A stretch of DNA of 64,000 nucleotides from Nitrospirales bacterium (GTDB taxonomy: Bacteria; Nitrospirota; Nitrospiria; Nitrospirales; UBA8639): contig CBDBCZ010000019.1 of NCBI GenBank assembly GCA_965203295.1, positions 352,001 through 416,000 of the forward strand, written 5' to 3'. Both the position numbers and the translations under genes were made by a program. Below are positions 43,221 through 54,027 of this stretch, one piece after another. Under the pieces are notes generated by a model. It saw nothing but the letters and a program-made list of their open reading frames with translations. It was not told the origin of the DNA and made no database searches. Each line of letters starts with the position of its first letter. Position 1 is the stretch's first letter.

Positions 43221-43763
43221 TCATTTCTTCAGTTTCGCCGCGAACTGTTTGCGGAATTTCGCGAGCTTTGGATTGATGAGATAGGCACAGTAGGGTTGAG
43301 AAGGATTTCTGACAAAATACTCCTGGTGATAATTCTCCGCGATATAGAAAGACTCGGCAGGAACAACTTCCGTGACAATAGGACTATCAAAAATCTTGTC
43401 CTTCGTGAGCGTCGCTATCACACCCTCAGCAATTGCCTTTTGATCCGGTGAATGATAGAAGATCGCCGACCGATATTGGGTGCCGATATCGTTGCCTTGT
43501 TGGTTAAGGGTCGTCGGATCATGAGTCGCAAAGAAAGTTTCGAGAAGCTCCTGGAATGAGATCATCTTAGGATCAAAGGTAATCTGAACGACTTCGGCAT
43601 GATCCGTCCGACCTGTGCAGATGGCTTCGTAAGATGGATTGATGAGATGCCCACCCATATAGCCGGACTCCACGGACTGCACCCCATTGAGTTCATCAAA
43701 GACAGCTTCTAAACACCAGAAACACCCTCCTGCGAGGGTGGTGACTTCCTTTGAATCGATCAT
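43221..43763 (-). CDS. msrA: Peptide-methionine (S)-S-oxide reductase
   Basis: GGCFWC, HDPT, QYRSAIF, AENYHQEY, YC. Confidence 0.96.
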   Translation of the reverse strand: MIDSKEVTTLAGGCFWCLEAVFDELNGVQSVESGYMGGHLINPSYEAICTGRTDHAEVVQITFDPKMISFQELLETFFATHDPTTLNQQGNDIGTQYRSAIFYHSPDQKAIAEGVIATLTKDKIFDSPIVTEVVPAESFYIAENYHQEYFVRNPSQPYCAYLINPKLAKFRKQFAAKLKK

Positions 43764-44029
43764 ATTGTCTCCTTCGATGCCATTTAATGAAATTCAGATT
43801 CAGGCGTTGAATTGTGGACTACGAAAAACCGTCAACTGATGAAATTCTGTCTAATGTTTCATGATATTACGGTCTGAAGGAAGAAGCATGGTGGTATAGT
43901 TGAGGTAGAAGGGATGCAAAAAGATTCGGAAATAATTTTTTAGGTGGTTAACGCGTTGGAAATACAGTAAAGTGAATGTCTAAGATATCCCGTTAGAATT
44001 CGCATTGATTGTAAAACGGAAATCTCCGG

Positions 44030-45214
44030 ATGTTGAAAACTAAACCAAATCCTAAGTGGTATGACGTTATCGTTGTGGGGATGGGACCTGCGGGTGCCTC
44101 CGCAGCTTATGAGCTAAGTCAAGCTGGCCTTTCCGTTTTGTGTTTAGAGAAGCAAACCCATCCCCGGTACAAAGTCTGTGATTGAGCAGTTCCTGCCTCC
44201 CGATTTTCACACAGTTGTAGAAGAGGCGGTCTATCAAATGCAATTTACCTATAGTCCGGAGCAGTCCTACCTATGTCGAATTTCCAGAACCCATGGCGTA
44301 TATGGTCATGCGTTCTCGCTTTGATCAATGGCTAGTGAATAAAGCGCAACAAGTCGGTGCAGAGGTCCATCAGGACGAAGCGGTTGTGAAGTTAATCGCC
44401 TTACCAGATGGGGTTGAAGTCGTGACCGAGGGTGGGACGTATGGTGCCCGAGTCGTCGTTGGTGCGGATGGGGCGATGAGTGTTGTGGCACAGCAACTGT
44501 TTCCTGGACGTCGACTGAGAAAGATCCCAGCGTTAGAAAGTGAAGTTCAATACCAAGAACCGAAGGGAATCGAAATTGGCCGTGATTAGTCTCAACACTG
44601 CCAAAAAAGGCTACGGGTGGATTTTCCCGAAACGAAATGGTTTATCGATCGGAGTGGGAGAATTCGTTCGTGGAGAGACTCGACCCAAACAGAGTTTTCA
44701 GCGTTTCTCACGAGAAGAACCAGCGTTAGAGGGATACTCGATCCCATCGCCACTGGGCCACCCTCTCCCAATCTTCAACAGATATGCCAGATCGAATGGC
44801 CATAAATGGAATGGAAGCCTTGTCAACCAAAGGGCTGTATTAGTGGGCGATGCGGCACACTTGGTTGACCCTCTGCTGGGAGAAAGAATCTTGTATGCGG
44901 TCCGCTCAAGTCAATTAGCAGCATTCAATATCGTAGCTGCCTTATGCGATTCCCAGAGAAAACTAGAGGACTACGAGGCCGCAGTAATCCGGGAGTTTGG
45001 CCAAGAATTTCGAATTGCGTCCCGTATCAGTTGGATCATCTATGGTCTTCCCAGGTCTTGGCACCGTTGGGTAGGCCGGACTTTTCCCGTGCCCTACCAA
45101 AAAGTCCTTCGTCGTTATTGTGAAATGCTTCAAGGACGTGAGACCTATCAATCACTCTGGGATAGAACCATAAACCGTCTCAAGGGGCCTCTCGCCAGAA
45201 GGAGAACGAGCTGA
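44030..45214 (+). pseudogene. Geranylgeranyl-reductase-like FAD oxidoreductase, disrupted
   Basis: VVGMGPAGAS, PRYKVC then deletion, VGADG, GYGWIFP, VGDAA; several frameshifts. Confidence 0.85.
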
Positions 45215-45233
45215 AGAATATCGTTCTTGAGAT

Positions 45234-45270
45234 AGGCTTCTGAAACAAACCCACTCTTTTTCAACAGCGC
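45234..45270. repeat. Mini-element of two MITE-type TIRs
   Basis: aggcttctgaaacaa…ctttttcaacagcgc between convergent genes; contains the TGA stop of the 45261..45848 ORF. Confidence 0.45.
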
Positions 45271-45848
45271 CACTTACTCAATGAGTCCTCCAACGCCTGC
45301 ATGCCAAATTGCCAGGTGTTGCGAGCCTCGCCTGGATCAACCCCGGAGGTGGCCATCAACACGGTCAGGCTCCAGCCCTCTACGCCTCGGTTGTGAAAAA
45401 TCGTCGGCTGAGCCTCAATTACCACATCAATATACAGACTCTGCTGTAGGGCTGTACTCGTAGCTTGCAACAGCTCTTCCATACGCGTTTGGAGGAACTC
45501 AGCCAATTGGACAATCGCTGGCTTGTTATTGCATGCCACCTTGGCCAAGCAGAGCGTCACGAAGGAGGTCAGAGCAACTTTGAGCTTGGGGTGCTCAGTC
45601 GTAGAAAAGCCTTGATCTGCTGCGAGCGACATGAGTTCCGACGTAGGCGAGTTAATGCTCTGCAAGAGCTGCTGAGTTTCCGGCCAACCCAGGCAAGAGG
45701 GAATGACTGCGATCCAAGCCGGATTAGCCTTCACATCTACAAAGCTGGCGTCAGGAGTCCCCTCACTATTGGGAGATTCGTAAGGGATCTGGAAGATGTC
45801 CGTTCGTTCTGAAATGCGAATGCCCACGTGAACCGTCCTCCTGGCCAA
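45261..45848 (-). CDS. Hypothetical protein
   Basis: 195-aa ORF; no motif recognised. Confidence 0.55.
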   Translation of the reverse strand: MARRTVHVGIRISERTDIFQIPYESPNSEGTPDASFVDVKANPAWIAVIPSCLGWPETQQLLQSINSPTSELMSLAADQGFSTTEHPKLKVALTSFVTLCLAKVACNNKPAIVQLAEFLQTRMEELLQATSTALQQSLYIDVVIEAQPTIFHNRGVEGWSLTVLMATSGVDPGEARNTWQFGMQALEDSLSKWRC

Positions 45849-45921
45849 GATGAAAAAGATATTGTATCGTGTTTGATCGAGACATGCTCCTGAGCGGAGA
45901 ACCTGCTAGCATGAAAGGAGA

Positions 45922-46197
45922 ATGATGTCAGAAATCAAGGTAACTCGAACAAGCCCGACTGCATTCCGTGTCGAAGTCAACGAAAAGATAAGCAGAACGG
46001 TCCACGACGTGACAGCAAGTGAGGGCGACATCAATAGCTATGGAGGGAACGCTTCTGCTGAACTGCTAATTGAGAGATCCTTCGAATTCTTGCTGGAACG
46101 CGAACCAAAGGAGTCTATCCTTCGATCATTCGCCCTTCCTGTCATCGAACGATATTTCCCCGAATACCCCAAAGATATTCGAAAACGCCTCACATAA
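45922..46197 (+). CDS. Conserved hypothetical protein
   Basis: AAGGAG RBS; SFEFLLEREPKESILRSF.L.VIERYFPEY motif. Confidence 0.75.
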   Translation: MMSEIKVTRTSPTAFRVEVNEKISRTVHDVTASEGDINSYGGNASAELLIERSFEFLLEREPKESILRSFALPVIERYFPEYPKDIRKRLT

Positions 46198-46377
46198 AGT
46201 CTCTTCGGCACACCATAACTAGCCCCCGGCATTTTCTCTCTACCCTGATAGCCTTTTACGAAGTCTCGTAAATATTTTTATGAAATTTCGTAATCTGTGA
46301 AATGTCATAGTCGGTTCCAATTCAATAAAATTTCATAAGTCATTGAATAAATTGAATTTATAATGCATATCTTATAT

Positions 46378-46393
46378 TGGCGTGAAAATTGCT
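46378..46393 (+). promoter_or_regulatory. Sigma-54 (-24/-12) promoter with upstream IHF-like site
   Basis: TGGCGTGAAAATTGCT (GG-N10-GC); taagtcattgaat near 46336-48 resembles the IHF consensus. Confidence 0.6.
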
Positions 46394-46409
46394 TTATTCG
46401 AAAAACATC

Positions 46410-46514
46410 ATGAAAAGGATAATGGCTTTTATCTATGGAACATTGTGCTATGTCCTATTTTTAGGAACTTTCCTTTATCTGGTCGCCTCTGTTGCAATGT
46501 ACGCCTTCAGGTAA
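46410..46514 (+). pseudogene. 34-aa remnant resembling the N-terminus of MddA/isoprenylcysteine-methyltransferase-like proteins
   Basis: MKRIMAFIYGTLCYVLFLGTFLYL then diverges and stops. Confidence 0.45.
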
Positions 46515-46883
46515 CATGACTTTATGAAGAATTTGAATACTGATCCAAATAGTGGGAAAGGTCAGCAACTTCTCTTCTGCTTCAGTTGCGATTCAGGAAG
46601 CATCATGTACTATAAATGGTTTCATGACCCTGGTCATTCAGAACCAAGAAGAAAACGGAAAGACAAAACTTGCCTTAATGAATGCTGTATGATAATCTTA
46701 AAACACTTCAGCGCTTTGGGCCTGCGATGAAGTGTTCGATGAAAAGGCCCCAATTCGATGTTGTTTTCCCCGGGAGTCTAATCGAAAGCCTGACCTAAGC
46801 CGCCTCACTGTTTGCGTCTTCGGCACGTCCTTTCCTGCTTCTCGAGTCCAAGACAATATCATTATTCCAAAGGGAGGCACTCT

Positions 46884-47195
46884 ATGAGTGTGAAGATCTA
46901 TGTGGGCGGCCTGCCGTATGCCACAAGCGAGACAGAATTAAACGACCTTTTTGCCAAACATGGGACCGTTGAGTCGGTTAGGGTCATTACAGACAAATTT
47001 ACAGGACAGTCACGAGGCTTTGGCTTCGTGGAAATGTCCACGGGTGATGAGGCCAACGCAGCCATTTCGGCCATGAATGGGACCGAATTAGGTGGCCGGA
47101 CTCTGACGGTCAATGAAGCTCGCCCCCAAGAAGCGCGGTCAGGGGGAGGGAACTATGGTGGACGTGGCGGCGGCGGTAAGCGCGGCCGGTGGTAG
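46884..47195 (+). CDS. RRM (RNP-1) RNA-binding protein, Gly-rich tail
   Basis: GGGAGG RBS; KIYVGGL, RGFGFVEM. Confidence 0.94.
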   Translation: MSVKIYVGGLPYATSETELNDLFAKHGTVESVRVITDKFTGQSRGFGFVEMSTGDEANAAISAMNGTELGGRTLTVNEARPQEARSGGGNYGGRGGGGKRGRW

Positions 47196-47243
47196 TCGTC
47201 CCACTCGTCTAGTTTTTCTTCTAAGAAAATTTCAATAAGGTGT

Positions 47244-47290
47244 AGGGCCCTCGAGATGCTCGTATACGAGTAAGATAGAGGGCCCTTCTT
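47244..47290 (+). terminator. Hairpin terminator
   Basis: agggccctc…gagggccct followed by T-rich tract. Confidence 0.55.
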
Positions 47291-47296
47291 ATTTAT

Positions 47297-47439
47297 AGAG
47301 TTTGGAGTTTCGGGTCATGAGTTTTGGAAAAACTACACATCAAGGTTTTTCCTATTAACTCTAAACCCGGAACTCGAAACTTTTTCTTCGATACTCCAAA
47401 CCCAAAACCATCTTCGTAGACTCGAAACCCGAAACTCCA
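47297..47439. repeat. Palindromic heptamer array
   Basis: agagttt ggagttt cgggtca tgagttt … aactcta aacccgg aactcga … gactcga aacccga aactcca. Confidence 0.75.
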
Positions 47440-48798
47440 TTATGACGGAAAGCAGTGGTTGAAGGCCTTGAGAAGTCTCACTGGGCCCTTCACGCGGATT
47501 TTTCCTCGAAGCAGTGCCCAGATCATATTTCGTTTCTTGGCTAAGAACCCTAGCCATGTTTGGCTATCGGCCGTGAGATGAAAATCTGCCTTGCCAATGT
47601 TCCCTTCCAATACTTGAAGAGTTGTGTTTTGAACGATGACGGTGGACTGCCAAGTTTCTTGGCCGGTGAAAGTAAAATGATATGTCGCAGTGAGGTCTTT
47701 TGACTTATTCCGTTGAAAGACGAGAGGCAAACCATCTAGGAATCCTCGAATAGAGCGAGGGCGCAACCCATTTCCTACCGGCTTCATACGCTTGTGGGGA
47801 AACCGCTTCGTGACATGAGCTTTTGCATCCGACCCTGGGACGACATAAATGGTTTCCTCCTTCGCCTGAAGGGGTTTGACGATTTCAGCCACAAACCCTT
47901 TGCGATCCTCTTTGAACGGACTGATAACATCGTCGCCAGCCGGGCAAACCGCCATGCAGTAGGCAGCTTTATAATTGGCACCGAACGACAAGCTCTGCCA
48001 TATTGAGGCTGATTCAGCGTCGCTCACCTTTTCTTGGTATTCCTGGGCGGTCTGACTCTCAGCGACTTGCTCCACCCAATTCATAAAGCCACCCATGAAC
48101 TCCCGATAGTTGTGGGTGTAGCAGGTAGAAAAATTAAAGTAGCCGTCCGAGCCAATCGCTCCAACAGGACAGGCCGCGACACATAGCTTGCATTCCAGGC
48201 ATGGGTTAAAATCGATAGGTTCGTCTGTAGTGGCAACCTCCGCATCTATTAAGATGGTCCCCAGAAGAATGAAATTGCCGAATTTCGGGTGAATCACATT
48301 GCGATGAATGCCCATCTGACCTAGTCCAGCCGCCACCGCCACTATTTTGTGGGAGAGCACCAAGATTTTTCCTGGGAACTGATCCATTTCCATAGGAAAG
48401 CCCATCGCAGGGTTGAGGGCTCTGACACCTTTGGCCTCAATGGTTCTGACGATTTGGTGGGCAACATCATTGACGTGGTCGCCAGTATGATGAAATTCGA
48501 GGTTCGCAATAGAGCGAGCTGTACTGCGAATAGCCTCACGATTCATCCGAACCGCAAAACTGATCAGGGTTTTCGTTCGTGGAAAGGCTTTCAGAATATC
48601 CTCCCTCTCGTGATGGATTTCAGATCGATCGATCTGAACAAAGCCGACATCATCTGCCCCTGCCCCAAGGCATAATTCTCGGAGCCATGCTCTGTCGAGC
48701 ATTGACGAGGTGTTCAGAGGTTTGGAAGTGAGACGCCCAGGGGTAACAGGTGGCGATGGCCGTGTATCGATCATTGGAAGTTCGGCAAGTGCTGGCAT
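47440..48798 (-). CDS. QueG-like 4Fe-4S protein fused to a C-terminal SCP2 domain
   Basis: AVAAGLG..G, CLECKLCVAACPVGAI, CMAVCP; C-terminal YHFTFTG…ADFHLTAD…GKIRVKG. Confidence 0.8.
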   Translation of the reverse strand: MPALAELPMIDTRPSPPVTPGRLTSKPLNTSSMLDRAWLRELCLGAGADDVGFVQIDRSEIHHEREDILKAFPRTKTLISFAVRMNREAIRSTARSIANLEFHHTGDHVNDVAHQIVRTIEAKGVRALNPAMGFPMEMDQFPGKILVLSHKIVAVAAGLGQMGIHRNVIHPKFGNFILLGTILIDAEVATTDEPIDFNPCLECKLCVAACPVGAIGSDGYFNFSTCYTHNYREFMGGFMNWVEQVAESQTAQEYQEKVSDAESASIWQSLSFGANYKAAYCMAVCPAGDDVISPFKEDRKGFVAEIVKPLQAKEETIYVVPGSDAKAHVTKRFPHKRMKPVGNGLRPRSIRGFLDGLPLVFQRNKSKDLTATYHFTFTGQETWQSTVIVQNTTLQVLEGNIGKADFHLTADSQTWLGFLAKKRNMIWALLRGKIRVKGPVRLLKAFNHCFPS

Positions 48799-48828
48799 GT
48801 GGTCCTCCTCAATTATTAATCAATGGGC

Positions 48829-48850
48829 AATAATGTGTACATACACTATT
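48829..48850. promoter_or_regulatory. Candidate MarR operator
   Basis: Near-palindrome GTGTACATACAC with AT flanks; related atgtgtatatattc at 49327-40 upstream of marR. Confidence 0.6.
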
Positions 48851-48864
48851 ACAATCAAAAAAAT

Positions 48865-49323
48865 TTACGTCGCCTGAATCACCTCGATGGCTCCTGCTAG
48901 ATCCTTAAGAAGTCGGCCAACTTTTTTGGATCCCATTTTCTGACTCACCTGCTGTTGGACTTGTTTCCATAGAGGAAGGGCGATGCCTAAGGCGCTTTCA
49001 CCCGCAGATGTCAAGGTCACTTCCCGCTCACGGCGATCTTTACCCAGAACGATCTGAACAAGTCCCATTTTTTCAAGAGGCTTCAAGTTTCGGGTCAATG
49101 TGGTTCGATTTGTGACCAAGGCCTCTGCAAGCCGATTGACCGTAACTGGACCTGTCACCTGGATTCCAACTAATAGGGTAAATTGTGTGGCACGAAGACC
49201 AGATGATCGAAGAGCATCATCATAGAGTTGGGTGATGGCCCTCGCGGTTTTCCGCACATTGAAACAAATGCAATTCCGGGCTGGTTCCAGATAATCAGGG
49301 GTAATGGCGTGCGCAGGATTCAT
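48865..49323 (-). CDS. MarR-family regulator
   Basis: CICFNVRKTAR.ITQLYD..L…TQF.LL…RTTLTRNLKPLE..GLV…DRR…LT..G. Confidence 0.92.
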   Translation of the reverse strand: MNPAHAITPDYLEPARNCICFNVRKTARAITQLYDDALRSSGLRATQFTLLVGIQVTGPVTVNRLAEALVTNRTTLTRNLKPLEKMGLVQIVLGKDRREREVTLTSAGESALGIALPLWKQVQQQVSQKMGSKKVGRLLKDLAGAIEVIQAT

Positions 49324-49639
49324 GATATGTGTATATATTCCTATTTAATTCTCCTGTCAAGCCCTCTGTGAATAAATTTTCTTTTCAAAGAAAACGATTG
49401 GTTAGCATGTTGCGAGGATCAGTTCGGGTTGACCTTTGAATCTCTTGGAACACGAGCCGGAAAAGAGCCTTGTACCTATTCACGCACACCGGCACTTCCC
49501 CCTTCAGTGGTGGAACTCCCAAGTCGTTGCGAAGGAAAATGCTCAGGGTGTCACATGAGAAAAGTGTCTGGACATAAGAGTCCTTGAGACATACAATCAT
49601 TGACTCTCACATGATCGGCCTCGACATCAAGGAGACAAT

Positions 49640-50484
49640 ATGAATAAAGATTCCGCAGAAAATGTTGAAAGTTGTATGCAACGGGATCTTCAAGCGGTGA
49701 GTGCAGAGACCAGCGTGGCACTCGCTGCGAGCCAAATGGCTACTGAGAAAATAGGCTGCCTGCTGGTTCAAGGGGAAGATCAAAGCACACATCACACGAG
49801 GATGATAGGGATCGTCTCGGAAATAGATCTTGTCCGCAACGTGATGGTCAAAGGACTTCCACCTTTGGGTACCACAGTGGCCCAGATCATGGTGAGCCCG
49901 TTACTCATGCTCCACCAGATCGGACTATGCTCGATGCCAGCCATTTCATGGAGAAAAACGGCATTCGACACGTATGTGTGTCAGATGGAGGGAAGGTCGT
50001 CGGACTGATTTCCATTCGCGACCTGGTGAAACATTTCGTGTATGCAGAATCAGGCCCTATTCGTGATCTGGACGATATATATCGCCCGCTCAGCGTTCTC
50101 ATGCAGAAGGAGATCGAAAAGATTGATGAACAAGAAATGCTGATGACCGCGGCAAAGAGAATGGCAGAGAAACGTATCGGCTCCCTGCTCGTGACGCAGG
50201 TAGGTTTAATGACGGGAATTGTGATGGAACGCGATCTCGTCCAGAAGGTATTGGCGCAAAAGCAGGATCCTAGCCAAGTCCGAGTTGGCGCCGTGATGAC
50301 TCAACCGCTCATCGACATTGATATTAATCGGACCGTGCATGATGCCAGCGATCTTATGGCTGAAAAAGAGATTCGTCACTTGCCGGTGACCGAAAACCAC
50401 ACGATCGTGGGGATTCTGTCCGTTAGGGATCTCATCAGGATGATCGCGGTCAGGGATCGCCCCAGGTTCCTACGCCAGAAATAA
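49640..50484 (+). pseudogene. Four-CBS-domain protein, frameshifted
   Basis: AAGGAG RBS; CBS repeats in ORFs 49640..50008 and 49927..50484; shift near 49908. Confidence 0.8.
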
Positions 50485-50657
50485 CGATGAAGTGAAGTGT
50501 CGAGTGTCGATGAAGAGAAAACAGACTGCGGGGATGACGGCGTAAGAATCCACGAGCCACACCCCTTCTAACTTTTGGAACTTCACCAGCCACCGTCTGA
50601 AAGAACAAAACCAAGTTTTTACAAGAAATGTCGAAGACAGGAGTCTTTGCTCTCTCC

Positions 50658-52487
50658 TCATTTAGGAGAGCGGGCTGCAGCACGTCGTTCGTTGTCAGTG
50701 AGATGACGTTTTCGAAGGCGGATGGTTTTGGGAGTCACTTCCACCAGCTCATCATCTTCGATGAATTCAAGCGCGAATTCTAACGTGAGTTCGCGTGAGG
50801 GAATCAGGTGAATCGCTTCATCAGAACCAGCTGCTCGAATATTGGTCAATTTCTTTTCTCGGATGGCATTGACCACAAGATCCTGCCCTTTGTTGTTGAC
50901 CCCGAGGATCATTCCTTCATAGAGCGACTCGCCGGGATGGAGAAATATTTCTCCGCGGTCCTGTAAACCCCAAAGAGCATAGGCCACGGCTGCACCTTCA
51001 CCTTGCGAAATCTGCACGCCACTCGAACGTCGAGGAATCTCGCCTTTAAATGGTTGATATTCCAAAAAGGTTTGAGACATCACACCCGTCCCTCGAGTCA
51101 TCATGAGCAACTCACTGCGAAACCCCATCAAAGCCCGAGTGGCAATGAGAAATTCCAAACGGATGGTCCCGACAGCACTCACCTGGATATCCTTGAGTTC
51201 TCCACGTCGACTCCCTAATGCCTCAATGACAGCCCCTTGATACCCAGGATCTACTTCAATCACTACCTCCTCAACGGGTTCCAGTAGATCACCATCAATC
51301 TCTTTGAAAATCACTTTGGGAGGCGAGACTTCTAATTCGTAGCCTTCCCGACGCATCGTCTCGATCAAGATGGCAAGGTGCAATTCCCCTCGTCCTGAAA
51401 CAGTGAATCGCTCGCCTCCATCCGCTTCTTCGACTTTAATCCCAACATTCATAATGGCTTCATGCGCCAACCGTTCCCGAATGTGTCGTGAGGTGAGAAA
51501 ACGCCCTCCATCATTTCCGGCCAAAGGGCTGGTGTTATGGGAAAAGTTCATCGAGATGGTTGGTTCATCAACATTGACCGTCGGCAACGCTATGGGATTG
51601 GTGGGTGAGGCAATCGTTTCCCCAACCCGAACGTCTTGGATGCCAGCCAACGAGATGATATCCCCAGCCTGTGCCTCATCACGCTCGACACGGACGAGTC
51701 CCTTGTACGCGAGGAGCTTTGTCACCTTACCTCGGACGGTTGTCCCATCTCGTGTCACCAGAACAACAGGATCTCCCACGCGAATGGCTCCATGGACGAT
51801 CCGACCCACGGCAATGCGACCGACATAAGAATCATAGTCCAAGATTGTGACCAGCATTTGAAAGGGTTTTTCCGGGTCCGCGACCGGCGGAAGCACTCGA
51901 TGCAGAATGGTATCTAGGAGTGGCCTCATATCCTGGGCTTTGTCATCTAAGTCCAAGGTCGTCAACCCTTCTTTCCCAGAAGCATAGACAATGGGAAAAT
52001 CAAGTTGTTCATCCGTTGCATTGAGTTCACAAAACAGATCGAAAGTCTGATCAACAACCTCATGAGGCCTGGCAGTCGGACGATCGATTTTGTTGATCAC
52101 AACAATAGGCTTGAGATGGAGCTCTAACGATTTCTTGAGGACAAATTTCGTTTGAGGCATGGGCCCTTCAAAGGCATCCACGAGGAGCAGTACTCCATCC
52201 ACCATGCGAAGAATCCGCTCGACCTCACTGCCAAAATCTGCATGCCCGGGAGTATCAACCAGATTGATATGAAAGTCCTTATAGCGAAGAGACACATTCT
52301 TCGAGAAAATGGTGATACCGCGCTCTTTTTCGAGGGGATTGGAGTCCATAATGACCGCCTCACCCTCCTTGAATGCATAGGCCCCGGTTTGCCCAAGCAA
52401 AGCATCCACGAGCGTGGTCTTCCCATGGTCAACATGGGCGATAATCGCGACATTCCGGACATCTTTTCGTCGTTTTTGATGAGGCAT
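50658..52487 (-). CDS. typA: Translational GTPase TypA/BipA
   Basis: [46 protein letters not shown]. Confidence 0.97.
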   Translation of the reverse strand: MPHQKRRKDVRNVAIIAHVDHGKTTLVDALLGQTGAYAFKEGEAVIMDSNPLEKERGITIFSKNVSLRYKDFHINLVDTPGHADFGSEVERILRMVDGVLLLVDAFEGPMPQTKFVLKKSLELHLKPIVVINKIDRPTARPHEVVDQTFDLFCELNATDEQLDFPIVYASGKEGLTTLDLDDKAQDMRPLLDTILHRVLPPVADPEKPFQMLVTILDYDSYVGRIAVGRIVHGAIRVGDPVVLVTRDGTTVRGKVTKLLAYKGLVRVERDEAQAGDIISLAGIQDVRVGETIASPTNPIALPTVNVDEPTISMNFSHNTSPLAGNDGGRFLTSRHIRERLAHEAIMNVGIKVEEADGGERFTVSGRGELHLAILIETMRREGYELEVSPPKVIFKEIDGDLLEPVEEVVIEVDPGYQGAVIEALGSRRGELKDIQVSAVGTIRLEFLIATRALMGFRSELLMMTRGTGVMSQTFLEYQPFKGEIPRRSSGVQISQGEGAAVAYALWGLQDRGEIFLHPGESLYEGMILGVNNKGQDLVVNAIREKKLTNIRAAGSDEAIHLIPSRELTLEFALEFIEDDELVEVTPKTIRLRKRHLTDNERRAAARSPK

Positions 52488-52849
52488 CGTGGTTATCTCT
52501 CCTCGCCTCCATTGTTGAATGGAAGATCTACGGTCATGCGACTATTTTCTGGAAAAAAATCTATTGGGCCAGCACGGACGACATCAGCCGGAGCCGGGAG
52601 AGGGTATCGAGGCCTGCTGAGAGATAGTTCAGCGAAGACACCGAGAGGAACTACCGGGGGAGAGCGTATTCCGTACGAGAAAGCCGATCAAAGGAAGAAC
52701 GTACCCGAAGGACGAGAGGAAATGCAACTCGACTCAGGATTGTCGTCAATCGGCATGAAATATCCTGATACGGTTGATTCCGTGACAAAACACGAAAGTC
52801 CTGCAGCCTATCTTCCACGATCAGGACACGTAAAGGAGAGTTTCATTCT

Positions 52850-53287
52850 CTAATCTCCTCCTTTGAACACGTCCTCATCATATTCAGGGATTGTGTCTTC
52901 TCTGCCTTCTAAGCCTCCCAGAAAAGAATCTCGAATATCGATAACTTGATTCAAAGTCACAGATCCCTCAAGTTCTTTCGCAAATCTCGTGAGGAATCGG
53001 TCACACAATTCCACTCCTTTGCGAAAGTGCTGTGGGATGGTTTCCTCTGTGACCTGTTGCCAGGTGATGTAGATCAGAAACTCTTGAAACGCTCGCGCCT
53101 CGGGTAATTGTCCACCCAGTTCTTGGAGTCGCTCATACGCTTCCTTAGCCTCTGCGCCTGCATTCGAGGAAAAGACTTCCTCCGTCTCGACAATTTCATC
53201 CTGGAAATTCCCGAGTTCCCCATGTTCTTGAGCGCGATGAAGAGCTTGTAGGGCTGCGATCGAAGGATCAAAGTACATTGAGTTCAT
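52850..53287 (-). CDS. Hypothetical acidic protein
   Basis: 145-aa ORF with protein-like composition. Confidence 0.65.
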   Translation of the reverse strand: MNSMYFDPSIAALQALHRAQEHGELGNFQDEIVETEEVFSSNAGAEAKEAYERLQELGGQLPEARAFQEFLIYITWQQVTEETIPQHFRKGVELCDRFLTRFAKELEGSVTLNQVIDIRDSFLGGLEGREDTIPEYDEDVFKGGD

Positions 53288-53406
53288 CTCTCACGCGGGT
53301 ATCCGCGTGATGATCAAGGAAAGCAGAATGTCCACTTTTTCTTTTTACCCAAAAAAGTCAGCTATTCCAAGAATTCGCTTGCCATCAGGGTGCGATAGCG
53401 GTGACG

Positions 53407-53727
53407 TTACCGCCGCTTACTCTTCTTCTTGCCCCAACTTTCTTTGAGAATAGTCTTCCACTCATCTCGAGAAACCGCTGGCATGGTCTTAATGCGAATA
53501 TGTCCCATCGAAGCATTGAGAAGGGCGGCCTTCGTTGCCGCACGACCATTCAGAAAATCGAAAATCTCGACGACATCATATTCGCCCAAGCAATAAAAGG
53601 CATGGAGCAACTTGCCCCCTAAGGATTCTACATTGCGCTTGACCATGTCCGACCGCGCAATGCCTTTGGCTTTCATCGTCTTCAGACCTTCGTGCGTGAA
53701 ATTCATTAAACTCACATAAATTGCCAT
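53407..53727 (-). CDS. GYD-domain protein
   Basis: AGGAGG RBS; Y..L.NFT.EG…LGGKL…GEYDVV. Confidence 0.85.
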   Translation of the reverse strand: MAIYVSLMNFTHEGLKTMKAKGIARSDMVKRNVESLGGKLLHAFYCLGEYDVVEIFDFLNGRAATKAALLNASMGHIRIKTMPAVSRDEWKTILKESWGKKKSKRR

Positions 53728-54027
53728 AGCGCTCCTCCTTGTTGATGATGTGAAAGGTTCATACCTATTTTATCGAGGATAGAAAAATTCATCTTAAGTG
53801 AAAAACCAGCCAGCCATAACAATTTTCGGAAATGCTCTATCCCAATATTGTTAGGCCCTTCGCGGTTGTAAGGAGACCAAGGAATTGTGTCATCGAAGAT
53901 GAGCATCGCGATCTTACAGAAAACACTGATCTCCAGGCCGGTTTTTCAATCCTCATTTTTGGGGCAACCAGCGTGATGAGATTGTGATAGCAAGCAAATT
54001 TGCCTCTCATCCTTTATCATCACTGAT

